A DNA stretch of 41,595 bases, from contig NC_069003.1 in assembly GCF_001194135.2 (NCBI RefSeq), forward strand, positions 6,082,377 through 6,123,971. The letters are read 5' to 3'. The position numbers and the translations under genes were made by a program. A model generated the notes under the pieces. The model saw nothing but the letters and a program-made list of their open reading frames with translations, made no database searches and had not been told where the DNA came from. Below are positions 33,243-41,595 of this stretch, in pieces (positions within the stretch are counted from its first letter, which is position 1; every line of letters begins with the position of its first letter). This DNA comes from Octopus bimaculoides. Its lineage: Eukaryota.

Positions 33243-33830
33243 ATACATCTATCCCAAATCATTATATCGGGTCTATTGTGCTTACATTTTTTTGAGGTCT
33301 TCCCTGGTACAGTCCACCAGTATTTCTTTTTATTATGAGTGGCTATGGTTTCCGCCATGCTGTGGGTTCTTATTGCTTTGTCCTCGGGATTATCCTTCTG
33401 ACGGTTTTTATTATAGAGTATCCTAGCTACAACATCATGTCTCATCGGTAGATAATACCTGATGACATTTTCGGACACCTGCTTATGACTTAGGTGATAT
33501 CTTCAGTGTGAACTCCACAAAGTCTTCATCGGTCGTCGCATTTTACGGCTTTTCCTGCATCTCTATTCCTTTTGTGCATCAGGTACTTGGTTGATATTTC
33601 CTGTTTCTGGATTGCAAACGCATACCTTTCAAATGCCGGCTACTGGTCCATGATAAACTGCTTTGATGATTGATGTTACTGTCATCACGGAGCTTTCTAC
33701 TAACATATCTATGCACAGTCTTCTGCTCACCCTTTCATCTGATAATACGTTGCGGTAGAATCGTGCCACTTCTTTGGGCATGTATTTTAGATTATCAGAC
33801 AAAGAGTGTTGCTCAAGGGGCTACCTTCTA
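33243..33830 (-). mobile_element. R4/Dong-like RLE non-LTR retrotransposon fragment (CCHC knuckle + restriction-like endonuclease)
   Basis: YAFAIQKQEISTKYL...CDDR*RLCGVHTEDIT*VISRC...RHDVVARILY...YWWTVP..TSKKCKHNRPDIMIWDR; stops and a frameshift. Confidence 0.8.
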
Positions 33831-34269
33831 AGTCTTATGATTTATGTATGTATGTATGAATGTATTTATATATACACACACGTCTCGGCAGAAACGTAAC
33901 GTAGTAAAGGTAAATATGCAAGTCATCGTTTCAAAGCTCGCTGTTCACAGTGCATATAATGGTTTGTTATTGGTTGGCATATATCAGCCATGATCAGCGA
34001 ACAAGCAACAAGCAGTTCGCAAAAATGATAAACATTATAAGATCATCGGCTCCTGTTCAGATTCATTGGTCCAGTTACTTCTGGCTGACGTGGCACATTA
34101 TGTCGAAACACCAGTGTCCCAAAATCCCTTGTCTTAATGAATTGCGTTTGTTATGAACCCTTACTCGTCGCCATGAACAAGCAGTTCTCCTGTGACGCGC
34201 ATAACAGCGATTAGCATATTTGCCTTTGACTCAACCGGAACCTATCAAGAATAACTGTGCAAGTCATTG

Positions 34270-34304
<35 letters not shown>

Positions 34305-34307
34305 ACC

Positions 34308-35058
34308 NNNNNNNNNNNNNNNNNNNNNNNNNNNNNNNNNNNNNNNNNNNNNNNNNNNNNNNNNNNNNNNNNNNNNNNNNNNNNNNNNNNNNNNNNNNNN
34401 NNNNNNNNNNNNNNNNNNNNNNNNNNNNNNNNNNNNNNNNNNNNNNNNNNNNNNNNNNNNNNNNNNNNNNNNNNNNNNNNNNNNNNNNNNNNNNNNNNNN
34501 NNNNNNNNNNNNNNNNNNNNNNNNNNNNNNNNNNNNNNNNNNNNNNNNNNNNNNNNNNNNNNNNNNNNNNNNNNNNNNNNNNNNNNNNNNNNNNNNNNNN
34601 NNNNNNNNNNNNNNNNNNNNNNNNNNNNNNNNNNNNNNNNNNNNNNNNNNNNNNNNNNNNNNNNNNNNNNNNNNNNNNNNNNNNNNNNNNNNNNNNNNNN
34701 NNNNNNNNNNNNNNNNNNNNNNNNNNNNNNNNNNNNNNNNNNNNNNNNNNNNNNNNNNNNNNNNNNNNNNNNNNNNNNNNNNNNNNNNNNNNNNNNNNNN
34801 NNNNNNNNNNNNNNNNNNNNNNNNNNNNNNNNNNNNNNNNNNNNNNNNNNNNNNNNNNNNNNNNNNNNNNNNNNNNNNNNNNNNNNNNNNNNNNNNNNNN
34901 NNNNNNNNNNNNNNNNNNNNNNNNNNNNNNNNNNNNNNNNNNNNNNNNNNNNNNNNNNNNNNNNNNNNNNNNNNNNNNNNNNNNNNNNNNNNNNNNNNNN
35001 NNNNNNNNNNNNNNNNNNNNNNNNNNNNNNNNNNNNNNNNNNNNNNNNNNNNNNNNNN
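34308..35058. other. Assembly gap (N), flanked by (CT)n and (CA)n
   Basis: Direct reading. Other gaps: 2111-2474, 7868-8011, 10137-10172, 10824-10833, 21090-21223, 32857-32866. Confidence 1.
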
Positions 35059-35119
<61 letters not shown>

Positions 35120-35147
35120 TCACACATATATATATATTTATATAACT

Positions 35148-35532
35148 GGCACTCCGTCGGTTACGGCGATGAGGATTCCAGATGATCCAATCAACGTAGA
35201 ACCCTGCTCGTGCAATTAACGTGTAACTGAGCATTCCACAGGCATGCGTGCCCGTAACCTAGTTCGCAAGGAGATTCAGTGTGACACAGAATGTGTGTGT
35301 GTGTGTGTGTGTGTGTAGGAAAAATAGAAGTTGAAATGCACTGAGAATAGTTAAAATATATTGTTATTAATATATTGAAAGCTTTAATCAATTTCACAGT
35401 TTACACTGATTTTCAATACAGGTACGACTCATTTTGAAATACAGGTACGACTCATTTTTGCTAGATGATGAAACTGGTGTAAGATGAAATAAAATGTCAT
35501 GCTCAAGGACACAACGTGCCGCCGAAAATCGA
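35148..35532 (-). mobile_element. SINE family C, interrupted by (TG)n and an AT-rich insert
   Basis: ggcactccgtcggttacggcgatgag...gctcaaggacacaacgtgccgcc; internal 22-bp duplication tttcaatacaggtacgactcat. Confidence 0.7.
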
Positions 35533-35534
35533 GC

Positions 35535-35746
35535 TGACGTGTGTGTGTGTCTGTGTTTGTCCCCCACCACAGCTTGAAAACGGTGGTGGTGCGTTGACGC
35601 CCACATAACTTAGCTTTTCGGCAAAAGAACCGATAGAATAAGTAGGAGGCTTTTAAAAAAAATAAGTACTGGGGTTGATTCATCCAAATAAAAATTCTGC
35701 GAGGTGGTGCTCCAGCATAGCCGCAGTCTAATGACTGAAACAAGTA

Positions 35747-35750
<4 letters not shown>
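35535..35750 (+). mobile_element. SINE family A, 3' half
   Basis: gtctgtgtttgtcccccacc...gaggtggtgctccagcatagccgcagtctaatgactgaaacaagtaa. Confidence 0.8.
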
Positions 35751-35813
<63 letters not shown>

Positions 35814-36023
35814 CACACACATCTTGACGTTTGTTTTTATGCGAGGTTAAATGCAACAATAGTTTAACATCAAACTGAAAGATCACTGAGTGCTTTTTAA
35901 TAGTGTACGTACATATTTATTAATTTTTAAAAGAAAAATGTCGACAATGACTTTAAATTTTCGGCTTACAAGAAAGATAGACAGATGCATGTGTATATAT
36001 CTGTGTAACCATACATGCACATT

Positions 36024-36186
<163 letters not shown>

Positions 36187-36330
36187 AGAGAGGGTGAGAG
36201 AGAGAAAGAAAGAGAGAAGTGAGAAAACGAGAAGTTCATACCTACATAGCCCAAATCCATATGTGCATGTATATACACATATGTATGCATATGTACATAC
36301 ATACACACAACTGGTATTTGCATCAAGCTA

Positions 36331-36368
36331 TTTCCCTATCTAAGGTTTTAAAATCTTAGATAGGGAAA
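36331..36368. repeat. 38-bp near-perfect palindrome
   Basis: tttccctatctaaggttttaaaatcttagatagggaaa (one G/T mismatch). Confidence 0.9.
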
Positions 36369-36861
36369 AGCAAAATCAAGGATGGCCACAGACAACCGGA
36401 CTTTATCCTGAGCGACCATCCTTAAGAGAAATACGAAATACGGAATGAAATAACTTTGTGTGTAATCAGATAAACTATCACAGAGGTGTATTACAAGGAG
36501 ACAATCTTTCTGTTGTGCTATTTATACAAGCAGTGAGTATCCGTTATCAGTTTGGTTGAGTAAGCCTAAAAGAAGGGAATGTGATTAACTCAAATGAATA
36601 CAGAAATACCCATTTGAGATACAAGTTTCTTGGTTGATGAAATAAAGTTGTTTTCTAGAAATGTATATAACTAAAAAGGAAAAAAATGCTTTTAGCCTGG
36701 TCACCGAATTTTCAGAAGATACTGGGATGAGATTTTGCTGAAGATAAGTGTTCCTACCTCTCCTTAAAATATACTTTCACTGGAGCCAATACAGAAGCTT
36801 ATTTGTGGGCATTCAGGCATTCGACCATCTTGAAATAGCAAAAGCTTTTTGAAATCATATG

Positions 36862-36901
<40 letters not shown>

Positions 36902-37254
36902 AAGGGTAGAGTAGATAAAGTACCCCTAGGTATAACATACATAAGAAAATGATAAAAAGGATGTGCCAGGTTGGACCCTCATGGATCAGAGATGGTTTGG
37001 AACCATCAACAACAATAAGATGCCATCATTTACAATCTTTCACTTGCATGACAATCTCGTTATATTCTATACATACGCGCACTAATACATACATATAAAC
37101 ATATGTATGCGCATGTATGCACACACACACACACACATACATTTGAAACGTAAAAGATTTTATCACCTCCCCGAGCGTTAAACTAATATACCTGTTGTTT
37201 ATACACCTGTCTTCGCCTTTTGTTTTTCTGTAAATTTATATATATATATATATA

Positions 37255-37608
37255 TCTTTTACTTGCTTCAGTCATTAGACAGCGACCATGCTGGGCACCG
37301 CCTTGAAGAATTTTTAGTCGAATAAATCGACCTCAGTACCTAATTTTTTGAAAGCCTGGTACTTATTCTATCGGTCTATTTTGCCGAACTGTAAGTTGAC
37401 GGAGACGCAAGCACACCAACACCAGTTGTCAAGCGGTGGTGGGGGGACAAACTTACACAGACAAACACAGACCAAATCCACTCTTAAGGCTTTGGTCAGC
37501 CCGAGGCTATAGTAGAGGACACTTGCCCAAGGTGCCACGCAACGGGACTGAATCTGGAACCATATGGTTGGAAAGCAAGTTTGATTCTTACCACACATGC
37601 ACACCTGT
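37255..37608 (-). mobile_element. SINE family A with internal deletion
   Basis: Collinear with 202-592 but lacks the agaagcccgtcg / TA segment. Confidence 0.85.
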
Positions 37609-37681
37609 AAACACACACTGTATGCACACACACACATACATATGTATATACGTATATATATATATATATATATATATATGC

Positions 37682-37712
<31 letters not shown>

Positions 37713-38561
37713 TGTATGTATGTATGTGTATATGCATGTATGTATGGTATATACGCACACGCACTCACTCACATACGTTACTGTTGGCAATGCATTGGTT
37801 TCTGTTTAGTTTTAAACTAACTCTCTATAAAACCGTTTGGTTCGGAGTGAAACTGTTTTATTCAATCAATCATTGTCATGTTTCACATAACGGTGGATTT
37901 TCTGTGATTTAACGAGGGTATTTTACCTTAGACTGTCTTTGATTTAAGGGGCTTCTTTCTTTCTTTTTTTTCTTCTTTCTGTTATATTGTATTCTGTAGT
38001 ATATTGTGTCTCTCTTTCGTTTCTTTTATTTCTTTACATTTCTGTATATTCGTTGTCAATCTCATAAACACTTGTAGGTTAAAAGAAAGAGACGAAGTGA
38101 TCTCGACGACTATCTCAGTCGATAAATGCTTTTGTACTGCATGCGGCAGATGTTCAAAATGATTCCATAGATGAGTCATATACGGACGTTGGACGGGTGC
38201 ATGCAGAACGGTTTCGTCGTTTGAACGATCTTCAAGATGGAGTCAGCCGACAGACGAGTTCGTACTACACGTAGCAAGAGTTTGACGTAACACTACAAGT
38301 CATCAAGGCTTTTGTGTGCATCTCGGACAGGCCCGATTCCATCACTGGTATTTTATATTTAATGACATCGGAAGGATGAAGGACAAACTTGAACACAGCA
38401 GCTTTTGATCACAGGACCACTTAGATCTATAACACGTGAACAATCAGCATGAAACATTTCAATAAGGTAGATATAATTCAAATCGCTAATACAAATATTT
38501 AACTTCCATAATACGTTCAGTGCTCTTTTGTTTCGTTCACCTATTAGTGTTTAAATACATA

Positions 38562-38592
<31 letters not shown>

Positions 38593-39446
38593 ATGTATGT
38601 ATGTATGTATGCATGCTCATATTTGAAGCTCCGATGAAGCTATGGGGTAATACACAAGGATTCAATTATGAGCGCATTGCACCTTATAGCAGACTCTGCT
38701 GACTGAATCTGTTGTGCCTGCCCATTATTGAAAATATGTCAATGCTCTGTGCAACCGCTGTCTTTTGTGCACCAAAGCCACCAGTTCGTCGATGATTGCT
38801 GCAGGAAATTCGCAATAGAAATAATAGGAACAAGCTTGTGTACATAGTATTGGTCGGCCATTGACAGGTTTTGTTTTTCGTTCTGCGAGTGTCCAATCAC
38901 TCTCTTCACTGAGCAAGCTGAGTGGGATTGCAAGTTTAGTCATCGGCGATCCGACCATGCAGCGTGTTGTACTGGATTACATGTTACGAGTAGCGCTCAC
39001 AAGCGACCTGACTCATGTAAAATATATGTATCAGGTAGCTTATATATATGTAACACACACACAATTACACACACACACACTCACACACACATGTATATGT
39101 ATATATTACAATTGCATCGTGCCAAACGATACATACACGCACAAACACACATACACATGCACGTAACACATACAAGTGGTTAAGAGTTGCAATAAACGTC
39201 GCAAGGTATTTTGTTCGACGCGCTATAGGTTCTATCGTTTGACCGCTCATAAGGTATCTCGGACTGCATAATAATTGCCCAATTTCTTCTTCCCAATTTT
39301 TCTAAGGGTGTAGGGTTTGATATTGGATGGCGACGAGTGGAATTAGCTACTATTTCTTGCAGATCGAACGACGTTGTAGAGATTCTTCCATCGATGCTTC
39401 ATCTGAGAAGTGTTAACAAGATGAATAATAATGAATAATAAGAACT

Positions 39447-39497
<51 letters not shown>

Positions 39498-39652
39498 AAC
39501 AACAAGTAGTACAACTAACTCTTAGTTGTTGACAGGAAGTTAGACTTTTTCCCCTCCAGCACAGAAAAAAAGGTCACCTGATTTGACAGCCAGAAAGTCA
39601 ACAACAACAACAACAACAACAACAACAGCAGCAGTAGCAATAACAACAACAC
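39447..39652. repeat. (TAC)n and (CAA)n trinucleotide repeats
   Basis: Direct reading. Confidence 0.9.
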
Positions 39653-40072
39653 GAGGTATCATGTGATAGAGCTAAAGACTGCTGGAAGGGACATACTAAT
39701 AACAACAAATAATAATAATCAAAACTTAGCTATGATTCATCTATAAGACGTCTCAGTTTTGCAAAGTAGTCGTGGGGTAAACCGTTACATCTCATTTGAA
39801 TTTGTCACAGACGTTCGTTTCCTGATCGAGCTAATTACGTACTATTGGTTTCTTTGTCTTTTTTAAAAATATAATTGTTATCTCAGACATCTAATTTGCA
39901 ATGCCGTTAAAGCATCGAATTGGAATGTCTTGTAGTTTTGCTCCAGCTCTGCGCTCTGAGTTCAAATCCCACCAAAATCAACTTCGATTTTCATTTCTTC
40001 AGGGTCAATACCTATCAAAGTTCTGGGATGCATTTCTCTCTCATCCCTTTCTCTCCCTCTCTTAGAATAGAC

Positions 40073-40237
40073 CTGTGGCATAGCTAGTATGTGTGTTGCC
40101 TGGGGAAGCCCTTGAGTTTGCTGCTCCACCGGGTTCCCAAACATATACAGGCTAATACAACAGACCCGCCTCCCCCCCCCCCACAAAAGTGTTGCTTAGG
40201 GTGGATCGCTCCCTCGCCCCCACTAGCTACATTACTG
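40073..40237. mobile_element. Short MITE with CAGTGGCGTAGCTAG-type termini
   Basis: ctgtggcatagctagt ... actagctacattactg; GC-rich subterminal gggtggatcgctccctcgccccc. Confidence 0.6.
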
Positions 40238-40439
40238 GAGTCAAGTACAGGAAAGGACCAAAGAAGAAGCGCTTGCATCACAGCCCCACCAATTTATGAA
40301 GACTACATTAAAGAGAAAGAAATGTTTCATTCCGTGTTTATGGCTTTTAATTCTAGTTACTATCCTCGAGATGGATGGATTCCACATATCTGACTTTTCC
40401 TTAACCATAAAGGTGAACACACACATACACACACACATA

Positions 40440-40605
40440 CACGACGAACTTCTTTCAGCTTGCGTCTACCAAATCCACTCACAAGGCTTTGTTCAGCCCG
40501 AGGCTATAGTAGAAGACACTTGCCCAAGGTGTCACGGAGTGGGACTGAACTCGGAACCATGAGGTTAATAAGCAAGCTACTTACCACACAGTCACTCCTG
40601 CGGCT
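40440..40605 (-). mobile_element. SINE family A, 5' half
   Basis: ccaaatccactcacaaggctttg...gacacttgcccaaggtgtcacggagtgggactgaac...cttaccacacagtcactcct. Confidence 0.85.
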
Positions 40606-40620
40606 ATATATATGTACACA

Positions 40621-40816
40621 CGAGAGGTGCTGAAAAGTTCCTGGCTTTAAGGGTGTGGCGAAAGGCCCAACCTTCTGAGTTCTTTTACAGGGCTTAGAAA
40701 AACTAAAGGACTGCTGCAGTAAGTGTGTGAATGTGAGAGGGGAATATGTTGAAAAATCATAATTAACTGAGTCTATTTTCTTTTACTCAAAGCTAGGAAC
40801 TTTTCAGCACCCTTCG
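40621..40816 (+). mobile_element. Mariner-derived MITE, copy 2
   Basis: cgagaggtgctgaaaagttcctggc / gctaggaacttttcagcacccttcg-ta; interior GLEKLKDCCSKCVNVRGEYVE, the mariner C-terminal motif. Confidence 0.85.
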
Positions 40817-41279
40817 TAATTACATGTTATACACACACACACACACACACAGAGAATATATCGAGTATGTAATATACATATACTCTATGATATATGATGT
40901 GTAGTTTATCTATTATAGTTTTATATAGTATTGCTAGTATATAGTATATGGCTTGAAGTAAATTTACTTGTAGTTAACGGTAGTGTGAGATTTGACTGTT
41001 ATTTCTAGCACGCCTAACAACCATATACACGCTACCTTGCTGATTCATGATGAGTGAAGCTGTTGTAATAAGTAGCCAGGAGCAGTAAGTTTTTGACAGA
41101 CCTTTAAGGATGGCGGCATACTTTTCTGTTTCTCTAAAAATAAGACGTCACACTATAAATATGCTGTTTATCTATGAAAATGAAACATCGCATATTCATT
41201 AAGTAGAGACGTAGTATTTAAGACTGACGTAAGAGAGAGAGAGAAGATGCGTAGTTAAGATAGATAAGAAACATTTGAA

Positions 41280-41405
41280 CTTTAACCTGAAATGTATGAG
41301 GCTGGCTTTGTGTTTAAGAAGTTTGAGTCAATACTACGTAGCCTTGGGTTCGATTTTACAACGTGATACTATGAGCATGTCTTCTTCTATAGCCTCAGTT
41401 TATTC
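41280..41405 (+). mobile_element. Degenerate SINE family A head
   Basis: gtgtttaagaagtttg...cttgggttcgatttta...gagcatgtcttcttctatagcctc. Confidence 0.55.
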
Positions 41406-41558
41406 AAGAGTGAAGGACTTGAATTTAGTGGGCGGAATCTTGGGCGGAATCTTGGCCGGAAGCACGTCATATCTGTTTCTGTTCATCTATCTGTAGTTAT
41501 CATAGTTGTGTTATCATAGTTTGTTTTTTTTTATTAAATCCGGTACTTATTCTATAAA

Positions 41559-41595
<37 letters not shown>

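Noticed and set aside
38684-39166. Overlapping 64-101 aa ORFs
   Set aside because: No recognisable motif or splice signals; a faint GHS...YY resemblance to tyrosine recombinases is too weak to call.
40091-40393. 100-aa ORF with PPPPPP
   Set aside because: Overlaps a MITE; the prolines come from its C run.

Overview
AT-rich, microsatellite-dense eukaryotic genomic DNA with seven N gaps. Its SINE families and simple-repeat load match my recollection of Octopus (coleoid cephalopod) assemblies; this is an inference, not a database result. No prokaryotic features, CRISPR array, rRNA or intact tRNA are visible, and almost all listed ORFs are translations of microsatellites or N runs. Most of the window is transposon debris: at least three tRNA-derived SINE families, decayed non-LTR fragments (CR1-group RT, RTE endonuclease and RT, R4/Dong-like zinc knuckle plus RLE), mariner, hAT and Tigger-type non-autonomous elements, and Helentron/HINE-like elements. 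The one convincing host-gene signal is a 67-nt minus-strand first coding exon (14073-14007). It encodes a signal peptide (MASHAFPLAVLLLSLVLSSLA|D), ends at a phase-1 GTAAGT donor, and lies just downstream of a ~1.5 kb mosaic of triplet repeats with a hidden longer period; I found no second exon. The most unusual structure is a fully foldable minimal type I hammerhead ribozyme (19201-19269, one core substitution) in a Penelope-like terminal repeat. An oppositely oriented CRE-CCAAT-TATA-Inr promoter lies about 200 bp away and points toward the host exon. Two weaker hammerhead-like remnants and several long palindromes also occur.
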